Shown here: in pieces, positions 9,306-21,700 of the stretch | How positions within the stretch are numbered: the first letter of the stretch is position 1 | Layout: each line of letters starts with the position of its first letter | Source of the DNA: Catajapyx aquilonaris | Lineage: Eukaryota | NCBI GenBank assembly: GCA_000934665.2 | Contig: KZ538903.1 | Coordinates: 62,001 to 83,700 of the forward strand | Reading direction: 5' to 3' | DNA length: 21,700 bases | The notes under the pieces: generated by a model | Told to the model about the DNA's origin: nothing | The model's input: the letters and a program-made list of their open reading frames with translations, nothing else | Database searches by the model: none | Translations under genes and position numbers: made by a program

Positions 9306-10935
9306 TATTTATGATATACAGCATATTATGGTTCGTACCATGAGAAAATGAACACGAATCAATCCTCACGCATATTTCCAGTCAATAAATACAGTACACA
9401 AAAAGCGCATTGACGATATACTGTAGGTATATTCTAAGACCGTGATCTGGGTGCACCAGTGTCCCTGTAGTGCCAACGCCGCCACGTGCGGAAATCCTTA
9501 GTTGATAAAAGTCCCGCAGTGAGGTCCCTGTGCGCTATCCAGTCCATAATACGGGACACTTTCCCTTTGGCCAACCTGGGAAGGGTAAACGTCGCAAAAC
9601 GTCCACAGAGAGAAGTCCCCCGACCATTTGAAACTTTGAACAAGTTGTCAGGGGGAAGTGGCAGTGGACCACTACTACCCATTCTCGACGCCTATGCCTA
9701 GTAAAAATATAGACCCGTCTCGGGACTCGTGCTTTTCCTTTTCTCTTACCCCTACTACCTTACCCCCTCCCCCCTTCTCTCTCTCTCTTCCACTCACCCG
9801 CACTACTCCCTTGATTCCGGAGTTACATGAGGGGGAAGGCCTTAATGAGTATGTCGGCTGGCTGTACAGCTTCAACGAGCACCTGGCGCCAAATGGAGGG
9901 ACAAACGGCCCGTTTCGCGTCCGCCCACCTTCCGCAGGAACATGGAGCCCATTGCCTTCTTACACCACGTGTAATCATTTCTAGAGCTTCATTGTTTGCT
10001 CTGAGTAGCGATGAGCACCGATGCAGGCATGACGTAGAAAGCGGGACGGAACTACAATAAGCCGTCAGATCATTATTTTCATACTGTTGATTCAGAGTTA
10101 TACGGCTCCCGGTTTTGAATCGTAAACAAGAAAAGATCTCACTTGCACCGTCATTAGTAAAATGTAGGAGCAAGCAACTAATAGTAGGCCCCCTACTGAG
10201 GAAACGCGAATTTACTTTAAGGGGATGTGGTAATCCGTGGGTGCCTCCATGTAAAGAAATTGATTAAAAATTAGGTTACAATATATTGGTATCAAATCAG
10301 TCTTGAAGTGTTGTTGTACAGGGAAGGAAAGATGCTAAAGGTATTGAAGTAGACTACGAGTCATATTCATCAATATTTAAATATTTTGCTATCACTAAGA
10401 TTTTGTGATTTGTTTTTTTTTTTCATTTAGAGTGGGATACGATTTTATTACTATCACTCATAATATAAATAATATGACTGGCAAATGGCACATCTCCGTA
10501 GTGGCACTTAACCATGTACGAGTAGGCCCACTGTACGTCTGTACGTCACAATAACTTCATACTGTAATCATATTGTTGCCATGGAGCACTAATTTGCCTG
10601 CCAGTACTTTTATGAGTTGACGGTGACAAATGCTTTGACTCATCCCGTGAGTATGACAATAAAGTTAGTCTGTCAACACAATGATAATCAACCCACTGTT
10701 TAAATATCAAATTATGTGGTGTTCCTATAGCATATGAATTCAATGTATTGTACTTTCCGAATGCACTGACAATTCAGTGCAATTGACATAGTTATTACAT
10801 AATAGGCTACACTCCATTAATTATACAAATATTAAATAAATACAATTTACTAAAAGGCTGTTCAAAAATTAATGTATTGTGTGTTGTGATAATATTCAGT
10901 AATTTCTGAACTTCGAATTGTTGATAGGAAATGCA

Positions 10936-10990
10936 TATTGTTGTTCTTGTTGTTATTGTTATTGTTGTTGTTATTATTATCATCATTATT
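10936..10990. repeat. Compound trinucleotide microsatellite (TTG/TTA/TCA)n
   Basis: tattgttgttcttgttgttattgttattgttgttgttattattatcatcattatt read directly. Confidence 0.9.
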
Positions 10991-12544
10991 TCTAGATATA
11001 AAATCTTCGGATTATTTAATGATTCTCCGGCAAATATTTTTCAGACATTAAATTCTACATAAAACTTTCATCGTCGAACAGGCCATGGCAAAAACTCCTG
11101 CCAATAAATGTGCCACAGAGCATACTGTAACTTTTTTATAAATTGTTTACATTATTTTTGCAATGTCATATAATCACGTAGTTGGGAAGGTAACAGACCC
11201 CAACGCGTAGAAATTTCCCCTGGTCCCAAACTAGCAATCATTGGGTTGTCATAATCACATGACGATCGACACCTGCAGCATAATCTCAGGCGTCAGTGTC
11301 ACAATCGTTGACTTGGCAGGCATGCATTATCATATCAAGTTTCTGATTTGAATTTCCACAATCAATAGGAGAGTAGTTCTATCATGCTAATCTGACGCAG
11401 TCAAAAGATGTCATAGAGTATTTTACTAGTTCACAAGTTCTCCTACAAATGTCACTGTAACTTGTTTCACATCTGTGCCACTTGATTCTCTCATTCTGTT
11501 TCGGTGTCTACAGCACACAGAAATTACAGTTGCTATAGGTTCATTCTTAGTGAAAATCAGATGACATTGACGCCAAAATAGATCCTAAACTACGATAGTC
11601 GGAAAATAAGTTCTGTGTACAGTATTTATATTTTCGAAGTCGATAGACTATGCACTATAGGGCCTACATGATACAAAAGGCACAATAATTAAGCGTTTCC
11701 ATTTTTGAAAAGAACAAATTGCATGCTGGTATTATAGCGATGTACGACTGCTGGTGTGGCGATAGTACGGTATCACAGTCTATGCTTTACATATACCGTA
11801 CTCTTTGGTGAAAGCCGGAATTAATATGAAGGAGTTCCGATGATGGCGTTAAAGTGACCTGATATTCCCATCACGAATCTGTAACACGGAGCGAGTCTTG
11901 TTACAATATTTTGTTAGGCGAGGCGAAAGATGGGTCCCTGGAGCCCATAACAGATGATGCCAGTATCGTCTCCACTGCATTGCACTACACGCCAACTCGC
12001 GATGAAATGAATTGAAGACCGAGGACTTAATTAACCTTGCAAATTCCCTGCTTTGCTTCTAAAGTCACGTCTCTATTGTTACTAGACAGCCGGGACGAGG
12101 CTCCAACAAGAAATAGGCCCTTATGGGGTTGGGGCTCCTGAATAAATGGGGAACTTTGCGAGGTTAGCTTATTATTCCATTTTATTGTTCCCAGACAACG
12201 CTCATATTGCCCCCGATTCTAGACTCACACTGCTTAAATATGGCATCTAGAGGTACTCACATCAATTAGGAAGGCCCTCAATTTTCATAATTATTTCAGT
12301 CTGTGTGACACTTATCCTAAATACAGACAGTTATTGCCTATTGAGATGTTAAGATGTATTAACAGAAAAATATTTAGAAGCAGGCCTAAATAATTTCATG
12401 TCGTTGGGAAACTGGGAAAGTTATATTTTAATGAGCGGGGAAAATGGGTTCAGGAAATTTATATGACAAACAATGTATTATTTTTCTTACTCAACATACA
12501 AGTAGGTATCCTGTATCTAGAGCATGAACTTGTGACTGTATGTA

Positions 12545-12644
12545 CTATATCGCCCAAAAAGATAGAGACGATTTTGCATTTGACTCAAGTGCAACTTGCA
12601 CTTGAATCAAATGCCAATCGTCTCTATCTTTTTGAGCGATATAG
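12545..12644. mobile_element. 100-bp near-perfect palindrome, probable TIR-only mini-MITE with TA TSD
   Basis: TA|CTATATCGCCCAAAAAGATAGAGACGATTTTGCATTTGACTCAAGTGCAA-C-TTGCACTTGAATCAAATGCCAATCGTCTCTATCTTTTTGAGCGATATAG|TA. The arms differ by 3 substitutions and 1 indel, with the centre at 12595. Confidence 0.85.
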
Positions 12645-12646
12645 TA

Positions 12647-12970
12647 CGTGGTGCATCTGAAAAGTTCGGTAAATGTTACGATAAAAGCTACAAAGCAGGA
12701 GGCACATGGAAGTACCTTTATTGGCATTTAAAGTGCTCTCAAGAGCTGCTCTCCATTAGACACAGCACAATTTTGAAATAGTTCATAAAGGTTCTGAGAA
12801 CAGCTAGAAAAAGTTAGCTTTGCCCCCGCCCCCCTCCAGATCTGTTGTCACACAGCTGTTCACGGGTCTAAACGTCCGAAAAGCGAGATCCCTTCATTAA
12901 AGGCTATTAAGGGAAAAAAGTGTGAATATGAAAGGTCAGGGGAGTGCAGTGGGTGATTCAAGAAAGTGAT
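12647..12970 (-). mobile_element. 5'-truncated mariner element relic (transposase C-terminus, 3' UTR and 3' TIR)
   Basis: A mariner-like terminus TA|CGTGGTGCATCTGAAAAGTTCGGT (12645-12670) lies about 70 bp beyond the stop codon of a decayed transposase reading. No opposite TIR in the window. Confidence 0.85.
12718..12970 (-). pseudogene. mariner (DD34D-type) transposase pseudogene fragment
   Basis: Manual translation with frameshifts: ITFLNHPLHSPDLSYSHFF...LMKGSRFSDV*...VTTDLEG...FSSCSQNLYELFQNCAVSNGE[13-bp insertion]HFKCQ*. This follows the mariner C-terminal pattern HPPYSPDLAPxDFF...LKGxRF...C...GxYF. HPLHSPDLS is at 12955-12929 and the stop TAA at 12720-12718. Confidence 0.88.
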
Positions 12971-14567
12971 ACTACAAAAGGCATCACGTTTTGTGGACGT
13001 CGCGTCTCGTCGTGGAGGTTCAGGCCTGGGTGACAGGTTAGGTTAGGCCGCAGAAATGTACCGTATGACCGTATGTATACCGACACTCTGCATTGAGCAT
13101 TTGGAAAGAACTATGCTCTGCAAGTGGAAGTGCTGATGCTAGTGCTAAGTAAGCCCATTAAAATGTCGAAAATGTCACGTGGAAGGACAGCCATTGGAAA
13201 TTGAAAATAGCAGTTTGAGGTCGAGAATCCAGCTTCTGTTCGTCAATACCAAGCGTGCTAGTTGGCAAAGCGTGTTTGATGGTTTAGATTGGCACCCTTA
13301 CAATGTCGCGCTGGTGAGCCACCTCTGAGCACGACATCTACACCGCCACCCTTTCCCCTCGCGAAGCGCTGACACAATGGTCTGGTTTATCCAACACTAT
13401 TGCACCCCCTGTTTCTGGCCTAACGTGTACTTTAGGTTGTAGCTTGTCAGCTGTACTTAGGTTCATTGTCCTCGCAGCATTAATCAGGCTCCTGTATCGC
13501 TTAAAATTTTAATGGTCTTTCACGGTAGTCACGTCATCTTGCCACCTTTTACAGAGAAACACGCTTGGTTTCCATTCTAACAAAGTACACCTGTGAAAAT
13601 AGGAGAATTTCATTCACTTAGGAGGATTTTTAAAAACCATTCATTGAGGATGTGAAATTGATTTCTTTAAGAAAATATTATATTTACTGCGCTTCGTTTA
13701 TCACGAATGAACAGTGTCATTTTGATCGCGTCACGCTCCGTGACTGGCGGCGTTATATTTTCGCAAGTAGGCATGATGGCTTCCGGAGTCTTCCACTACA
13801 CAGTCATTAACCATCCTCAAATTCAATAACGCTATCTTATACAACATGGTTTTGCTGTTCGATAACCGATACAGCTCGTGCAATGTACTAACAAGCCAGT
13901 GTATATCCGAGCCTCAATCAATTAACGAGAGACAGCTCCTTAAAGTTGAGGGGAGTCAGAAGTGGCTGACAGGATTGTCTATATACCTCGAAGAAAAATG
14001 AACGTCGAGGGAGCCATTAATAAAATCATGCTGGGGAGTATAGAAGAGTTTCACCTTCAAGTAAGTAGGCCTTACTCAAATCCGTACTTTAGGATGTGCA
14101 TCCTACCCGGGAGCGTAAATTGTTATTTCAAAAGTTGGATCTATACCCTACTATGAAGTAATTTCTTATGTTTCCACCATCAGGGTAATTGCTTCCTAAA
14201 TAACATCTTTCAACGAGGCTTTAAGGGGATAGACTGCAGTGTAGCTAGCAGCAAGGGCGTTTTACTCCACTTCAAAAAGTATCACTTTTTATATTTATTA
14301 TCTTACGACACGAGTAGTATCTCATTGGCATTTTGACGTGCCTCAATGTGGCGGAAAATGGCCTACAAAATGATATCCTATTTTGAAAGTGACCTCCGTA
14401 ACTCTTCATTTGCCGGAAAAGCCAGTACCGGTAATGCGGGAAAACACAAATCGCAAATGCAGGGGAAGCCTCATTTCGAGAGTGAATTCATCACTGATCG
14501 TACTTCCTAGTGTGTGTCATGCTCATTTCGGAAAATGGTCATTATTCCACTTCTGAGTTCGGAAGCT

Positions 14568-14580
14568 CCCCCCCCCCCCC
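14568..14580. repeat. poly(C)13
   Basis: Homopolymer read directly. Confidence 0.9.
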
Positions 14581-17500
14581 AAACACACAACATGATGAAA
14601 TAAATCTGCAGTGCTAGGAAGCAGTCGGTTATGCTCCGATCGCTGTCAGATTTTTGATGTTTACATTTGACGGCTGTCGGTGCAAATTATAGGCTGCCAT
14701 GACGTCCATTAATCTACTCATTTGGAATCAATAGTTGAGCAAAACGCCCTTCAATTCCCGCCGAGCTGTTTCCCCTTATTGTGAGATACGGTTGCGAATG
14801 CGATGGATAGAAATGTTTCTGGGGGTCAGCGATGATAACTCCAAAAGGTCATGCCAGTATTCAGAAATGAATTGGTCGAGAACCCTCCAACTTGTAAATC
14901 TTATCGCTACACATGCACGAGCAATGTATGATCACGTTGCATGCGAGTATTATAGGATATTGGAACCATTACGTACTCCTATAACTCTTTCGGACTGGTG
15001 ACAAAATGGGGGCTACGATGTGTTGTGGATAAACAATAACCATGTCTCCGAGATCATGAAAGGGGAAATAATCCATCAACATTACCAGAAACGACTCTGC
15101 AAACGTCGTTTTGAGAGCTGGCCATAAAATATGAAACTAGGAAGAATGTTATTATTATTTTTCTTTGCATCACCAGCATGAACGAAGTTGACTTTACGGA
15201 ACTATAAACATGTTATATGCACGATACAGATCACGGCACCTCCTGAAATATTCCCTTCACCCAAGTCATTAACGCTAATGGACACTGAATTCTCTATGAG
15301 ATGGATCTTTGGGAGACGTTACTTTCTGACAGTTCCGCCAATGTCCCACATAAACAAGATTAATTCCCCAATATCCCCCACCATTTCCAACCTTCTATTT
15401 CCTATGCGAATTGGAAGCTCGAGGAAGAACAAAATTATTCCTCCTCGTTTTTACCGTTATGCCCGATCGTTGGTCAGTAAGTGCATTACTCTTCTCTCCC
15501 GTTACATTTAAATGTTCTTTCCAAACTTGCAGCGATAACTCTGCGGAGAACTACTTAGCCAAGAGTTAGATATCAAGCTTGGATTAACCGTAACTGTACC
15601 GTATTTGAACCCGGAAAGGTGCCAAAATTCCGGACTAAACTCTCACCTGGGAGACCATTTTGGCAAGTGTGAAAAGGCCGTTAGGAAAGGAGTCGGCCCG
15701 TGACTAATCCCCAGAAATGTTCTCGCGGTGGGAATCACACTAATTATGCTGGGCCTCCCTACATCATTACCAATGAATGTAACACATGGCCTACTTCTCA
15801 AGGTTTCCGCGGATCTCTGCATTCACTCAATATTCAATTGCGGCCGTTGCGTTCCCACTCTAAAGCGATTACGCCAGTTACAAGTTTCGAGTACACTTTC
15901 TTCTCTACTCGCACTACAATCCTTCAAAGCACTGCTTACACGCCTGCTGTGACAGAAGTTGGCGAAGTGTCGAGAAATTTACTTCAAAAGACTTCACGTT
16001 GTGATACAATGTTTTGTAGGCTAATAAAATGCTGACTGCAACAAAGGGATGTGCAACAAGCTCTTTTAAAGTTACTGCGTAGGTTTATGACAAAAACACT
16101 AAATTTCCATTGCAGCACGCTTCGTCCCACGCGTTTTGTAACCCGCCAAACAGAGAGCAGGCAAGGAAAAATGCTTTCATCTTCATTAGCAAATTAACAC
16201 TGGTTCCCCACGGAGATAACTCCCATTCATCTCGACAATAATATTGGGAACGAAATGCGCAGTTGGTTATTGTTTCACTTGATGGAGCCCTACTACACCC
16301 CTATTCCGAAAATCTACTCTGCTTGTGGGCCACAAACTGCCTGCAAGCGGCATGAGAGACAAAAGACGCGGGATAGCAGCTGTGCTACAATAGCCCCAGC
16401 ATACATGAAACAAAAACGAAACGGCGCCGCGCCTACGTCAATAAAAATCATGACTAGCGTTAAAAAGGATGTTCTCGCGTTTGTGTATACATGGAATGGG
16501 GGGTGCTTGTGCAAGAATCCCATTTATTACAGCAATGGTTAATGCGAGCTAATCGGAGCTAAATGCCCAGTTGACACCGATCGCGGGCGCTTTATGAAGC
16601 CGTACGGGACATATACGGTGCTAGGAAAATGGTGTTTCGGTTCTTCAAATTGCCAATTTAAAACATACACCGCTGGCGAAATTTCCCCCTCGCTCCGGTT
16701 GTCGATCCTCATCTTGCCACATCGCCTAAGTGAATCCGAATATTTCATTAGTGGGATGGCTATCTCCAGGTGCATCTACTGTTGCTGGTATACACTCAAC
16801 GACTGCTCATTCGGATTTTGCCTGCTTATTTTTCGATCCATGCGCTCATGATTTATGCGATTCATTTCACTGATTCCGCCAGTTCGTGATTACATGTGTC
16901 AGGGAGTCATTTTTATGCGGTCGCATTTTCAAATGTCAACATTAGGGTGATTTTTCTTCAAGCATCATTCTGCACGTGTTACTAAACCTAGCGTGCATGC
17001 TTATTTTCATAATCATCCAATCAGAAAAATAACCTAAACTTCTATTTGTAAAAAAAATACCCATATACCCCATATCAGAGTGAGCCATCGCTGATTCCTC
17101 TTTTCATTCCCTCTCATTCAATTGAAAAGGTGTACGAGATTCTACGCTGACATCGCTCCACACATGTCCACCCGGAGAATAATGTCCAGCCGGTACATTT
17201 TTCGCCTCCCCCAATAGGCTTATTAAGGCAGCAGTGAGCAAGGGGAGGGCCATTTGCCAAATGGAAAGAGGATGAGGTCGTTAAAGTGGCGCTACAAATT
17301 CCCCCTCTCCCCTCTCCATCCCCCCTCCCTCCCCCCTTGACTAAGCTGTCATTGGGACTTGGGTGCGCTTATAATTGATAGTCGGGCCAAGGTAATGGAT
17401 GGTCCGGGGGAGCAAGCGGCCAACCCCCCTATCTGTGTAGCGTTTGTTTCGGCGAAAATAGTGAATGAAGCCTCGGGTAGGCCGCCGCCACATGACTCAG

Positions 17501-20432
17501 CTGCGGCGCTTGCAATCATGTGCGGCCGGGCGTAAATGAGCGCCGCCAGCACTTTCTGTAGGTTCTCCCCTACCCCCTTCAACCCACCCACCCATCCAGC
17601 CACCAACCACCCATCCCCTTTGGGACACTTTTATGCTGCCACTGCTTCCTCCATATTCATCCCTGTAGCCTACCTACTGACGCTTCTTCCGCAGCGCCCT
17701 GGCTACCATTCCCACCCTGATTATGAGGCGGTCATGCGCAATGCGATATGAAAGACATGGCCGCGTGTGCTTTCAGCGTTATGGTCAGCTTTCGGCATAT
17801 CCGGCCTCTTTTCATTCGGAGGGACACTGTTATGTACAGTGGTGGGCATAAATAGATGGAGATGCATCAGTGTTAAGGCTACATGGGGCTGAAACTCCGT
17901 TGGATGCATGCAAGCGTACAATTCCTGGCATATAGGTGTGGTAGTAATCTTCTGCTAAATTAAGGAGAGCTCGGGAAAAATGTGTACACAGTGTATAGGA
18001 TGCTGAAAGTGCAGAAAATGCGCCTTATTTTTAGGGGAGTTTTAATCCGATGAGACAGGCTCCTCTAATGTTACATTAACATTAACCCTGCCGATTTCTT
18101 TTCTTGAACTATCCTGAGAGGTTGTTTGCAAACAAATCCGGAACAATAATGCACCATGACCACCTAATGTGTTGAAGGTTGCAGGGTGATCACTTTTGAG
18201 CACAAGATGTAAAATGTGCATTTTATATTTTATTGCATTTTTTTTGCAGAATCCATTTCCACTCTACAGTCAAATACTGCATGTGGGTTACAGCATGCAG
18301 AATCTCCCTGTATAGTCCAACAGCTACTCTTTTCCACTTGTCTTCAGAAGAAGCATATGGTAGCATTATGTGGAAAAATAAGCCGTAGATGTGAAAATTG
18401 TGTACACAGTACAAACCTTCCCTGAATCTAATTCATGCGGGCAGTTTCTGGAGCGTGCTAAAACACTCCCTACTTCAAGAGAGTATCCTGAAAAGCGCCA
18501 GGGAGATGTTTTGTATAACAGGGTGCGTTGCTGCCCTACACCTAAGTGCGGAAAATAAAGCCATGGCTTTTACCACTAATGTTTTGCGGACATTAGTGGC
18601 AGTTTTTGTCTGGTCGAATCTCCTCCAGCACAGGAAACGAGTTTACCTCCCCAGTACTGTGGTATCTCATTTGCAGCGGGTTTCCGAGTGAGTGAGCTGG
18701 CCTGCTTCCTAATAACCTGCTGTTGACGCTTCATGCCCACATACTGTACCCAAAAAATTATAAAAAAAGGGCACGATTTTGACATCTCACTTCAGAAGCA
18801 TTAGGTCTTTTCGCAGCGTGAACAATATATTCGCGTGTGGTCTTGCATCGTTTTGCAACTGACGGTATGCCTGACATTCGTCCATTAGACCCATTCAAAA
18901 CACAGTCAGCTTCATGTTTACAAAATAACGCGATAGGGGGGCTTAATTCCCATTCTCAGTGCAGAATCAACATGAAAGGAAGCGTTGGGAAAATAAAATT
19001 TTAATGATATGTTATTTATCTGTTGATCGTGGCTGATCGATTGCCTGCCGCTCAGTGGCAAAAAGCCACAGCAAGATATATATTCCATTTTTATTTCGAA
19101 TACAGTTTCATCACGAGTTCATTTCAAGGTAATGAGTCCAACAATGTTGGCATTTCTGCTGAACAAACGTTGGCGTAGGAGTTATTAGATCAACAAAATA
19201 CGGGAAATGCTTTCCTCCCAACCGTTAACTCTATAGGTAAGAATCATTTTTCCTCCTCGACCCCCAGTAGTAAATCAAAACTTGGAAAGGGCCCAGTTGT
19301 GGGTTTCACAGTTTCAATGATGGCCGCCATTGTTTAAAGACTCCACTATGAATCATAAGAGCGCTTGATGGTCCACCAAGTTTCTAACACAGCAATATTC
19401 TCCTCTAAGCAGCAACCAGGTTTGGAGTTACTGTGCCCATCTGGGATAGCAATTTTCATAATAAATCCACATTTAATTCACTCTTAAAGGTATAATATGG
19501 TAGATAAGGGAGAACAATGCATGGGCATATTGCTTATCAACCTGCACCAAATAGTAGGCATACAGTGCTGTACTGTGTGATAACACCTTAAAGTTCCTCC
19601 TGATTCGGCCTGCAAGTAGTAAATTATCCTCCACAAACTTGTACCACAATCTACGCCAAGACTCAAGTCAGCCACAGTAATATGTCTCTGCGTTTATGAG
19701 ATAGTGTAAAAAAAACCGGAGAGAAGTCCAGAATTACAGAACTGGTACTGAGTTGTCTTCGGAAGTCTCTCGATTAGTATCAGTGATTATTTGATAGCCT
19801 CATATTCTCCTACAAAGTTGCACTGTGACAGTTCAATTCCTACTCTATATTCTGACCAGCTTATTGCATGTGACGAGACAAACTAGCAGAAGATAGATCT
19901 ACTTTTTACAGCCTTACAATACTGTGTAAGTGAATTTTAGTATGAGGTTACCATTTACCAACCCTCGCTCGGTGGCTACTGGCTCTGTTATCCTCCAGAG
20001 CTCCGAGCCTGCGTGAATTTAAAAACGGTTGATAGCCTACAATATAATGTTACATTATTCAAGGAGGCTGCATGGTGTGCTCCGAACAAATAGGCCTGGT
20101 AGCCCTTTCAAAGGAATTTTCTCCTACGGTTTCTCGTGTACAACTCAATGCTTGCCTGGAAAAGAGGTTCGAGAAAACATAAAGTGTCGGAAAGGCAGAA
20201 ATGCCACTTCTTTGTATCGAACAAAATATACTACCAGAAGAATTAAAGTATTAGGCTACTTGGCTTCCTGAATTTTAGCTTTTTTACTTCTTAATAATTT
20301 TCAAGCAGTATTTTGCACAATGTTAAATACATTCCCCTGTTTGAAAAATATTAATATGCCTAGTACTTTAATTTTTCTTACTGTACCGGAAATTAAAGGA
20401 AAATGATAGTAAATTTTTCAATTCGTCTCTCG

Positions 20433-20485
20433 TGTATGTAACTGAAGAAGTTTCTTAATACAATGGAAATGAAACATTTAATACA
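20433..20485 (+). ncRNA. Degenerate minimal type-I hammerhead ribozyme motif (Penelope-like element type)
   Basis: Core CTGAAGA (20442-20448), stem II GTTTCT/GGAAAT (20450-20455/20465-20470), GAAAC (20471-20475), and flanking stem I TGTAT-G-TAA / TTA-ATACA (20433-20441/20478-20485). The cleavage-site region is imperfect. Confidence 0.5.
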
Positions 20486-20636
20486 AATTTCTATCGTGAT
20501 TTTCAATCTGGCTACATTGTATTATTTAGCACGTGTTATAAAATTCTTTACTTATTTTTTGGCTACTCTTTACCTAACGACCTAACAGAGGAGATTCTCC
20601 CCCGAAGTAGCATATTATATTGAGTCGTCAAACGTA

Positions 20637-20668
20637 CGAGGGTTGTAAATAAAGTAGTGGCAACACTG
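20637..20668. mobile_element. Orphan mariner-like terminus
   Basis: TA|CGAGGGTTGTAAATAAAGTAGTGGCAACACTG resembles TA-CGAGGGTTG...AGTGGCAAC insect mariner ends (recalled pattern). No partner end in the window. Confidence 0.4.
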
Positions 20669-21477
20669 TCAGGAAATGAAGTTGGTAACTCACATGCTAC
20701 TGTTGACAAATAGAGACTCTAGCTGTATTCTAGGTACATGCTCAGACTTTGACACAGCCCATTCGTCTAACAAGTGCTGTTGTGTGTAGAAGTCATCAAA
20801 GTAAATGTCTCAAGTGCGCAAGGGTCTGGAGTACAGGAAACCCCCGACCTATAAGTAGACTCGACTAACGTAGATCTAGACTTACTCTTAGTATAAAAAA
20901 TCCGACATGCCAAAAAAATCTACGGAATTGACGGAACAAACCGGTAACGTATAAAGTGGCCACCAATTGCCAGAAAATGCGTTAAATTTCAGAGCGTGGC
21001 AACTGGGACCTGCTCGCCGAGACTCATTCTCTCACTCAGGTTACACGTGACAGACATTTGGGACCCGATTCTGGGCCTCGCCTCGTGGGGAATCTTTCCC
21101 AGCTTGAAACGAATCTAATTGAATACGACAGTGACTGTTATTTTCATTCCTCTTTCAACTTGATGATGGAAATTCATAATTAATGAATTTTTCACGTGTC
21201 GGGTTCGTAACTTCACATCATGGCATTGAGAGAAATCTTGGCTTGGAGGCGGGACATCAGGTGAACATATCCGGTCTTATCTCGGGATTGAATGTAAAAA
21301 TATTAACACCAGCTCCTTCCATGTCAAGATGAAGTCCTATACAATGACTAAATAATGCAGGAAATGTTCACACACTGACCCGCTTCCAAACTGGAACTAT
21401 TCTGGTAGGTGTCCTCCTTTGAAGGCGGTAGAAAATTATTGGATTAACTTAGTAGGCTATGTGCACAGTCTTCGGAG

Positions 21478-21489
21478 TTTTTTTTTTTT
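21478..21489. repeat. poly(T)12
   Basis: Homopolymer read directly. Confidence 0.9.
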
Positions 21490-21700
21490 GCTTTACATTA
21501 TTGCATTGGAGAGAACAGAGCCCTTGTAGGGGGGTGGATTACCACAATGGGGAAGTAGCCTTCATTTTGGAAACTACATAATAAATTCGCCCACATTTTT
21601 TGAATTTTTTTGGCATATTCCGTTTCAAGATATCAGTTTCAGTTCCGGAGTAATTGGGGTTTTTATGTAGGCTACTGGTGACGTCACTGTCAGCCTAGAA

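Noticed and set aside
10762..10781. Hairpin TGCACTGA-CAAT-TCAGTGCA as a Helitron 3' end or terminator
   Set aside because: No downstream CTRR end or U tract, and an isolated 8-bp stem can arise by chance.
13035..13047. TTAGG telomere-like repeat
   Set aside because: Only about 2.5 units.
13962..14066. Possible exon ending at CAA|GTAAGT
   Set aside because: Donor hexamers are expected by chance in 21.7 kb, the acceptor context is poor, and the peptide is unrecognised.
10215..14230. CTTTAAGGGGAT at 10215 and 14219 as Kolobok-like TTAA ends
   Set aside because: Both are in the same orientation, similarity stops after 12 bp, and no CCCCTTAA partner end was seen.
125..20271. All ORFs in the supplied six-frame track
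   Set aside because: All are 124 aa or shorter, many use non-ATG starts, and none shows a domain I recognise. Several are artefacts of microsatellites, C tracts or MITE palindromes (for example the mirrored peptides of 4447..4650/4550..4831 and 7178..7441/7635..8009).
21543..21660. CACAATGGGG as a Transib-like terminus
   Set aside because: Short motif only, and any partner end would lie outside the window.
1..21700. CRISPR array, operon or other prokaryotic/viral system
   Set aside because: No regularly spaced direct repeats, no long ORFs and no gene-dense organisation were seen.

Overview
This window looks like non-coding eukaryotic DNA, either a large intron or an intergenic stretch. The repeat types and abundant CpG suggest an invertebrate, most likely an arthropod (inference). 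None of the listed ORFs looks like a real host gene. Supported features: (1) a tRNA-derived SINE (4122-4444) with A/B boxes, a 14-bp target-site duplication (TSD) and extensive nested self-complementarity, inserted into the left end of a MITE; (2) four TA-flanked Tc1/mariner-superfamily MITEs (4452-4781, 7223-7748, 9087-9305, and a 100-bp near-perfect palindrome at 12545-12644); (3) a decayed mariner transposase C-terminus with its 3' terminal inverted repeat (TIR) on the minus strand (12647-12970), absent from the ORF track; (4) a second, more doubtful Tc1/mariner catalytic-domain relic (8049-8218); (5) a degenerate Penelope-type hammerhead ribozyme motif (20433-20485); (6) microsatellites and C-rich tracts. 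I found no convincing new multi-gene system. The most unusual object is the highly structured SINE RNA.
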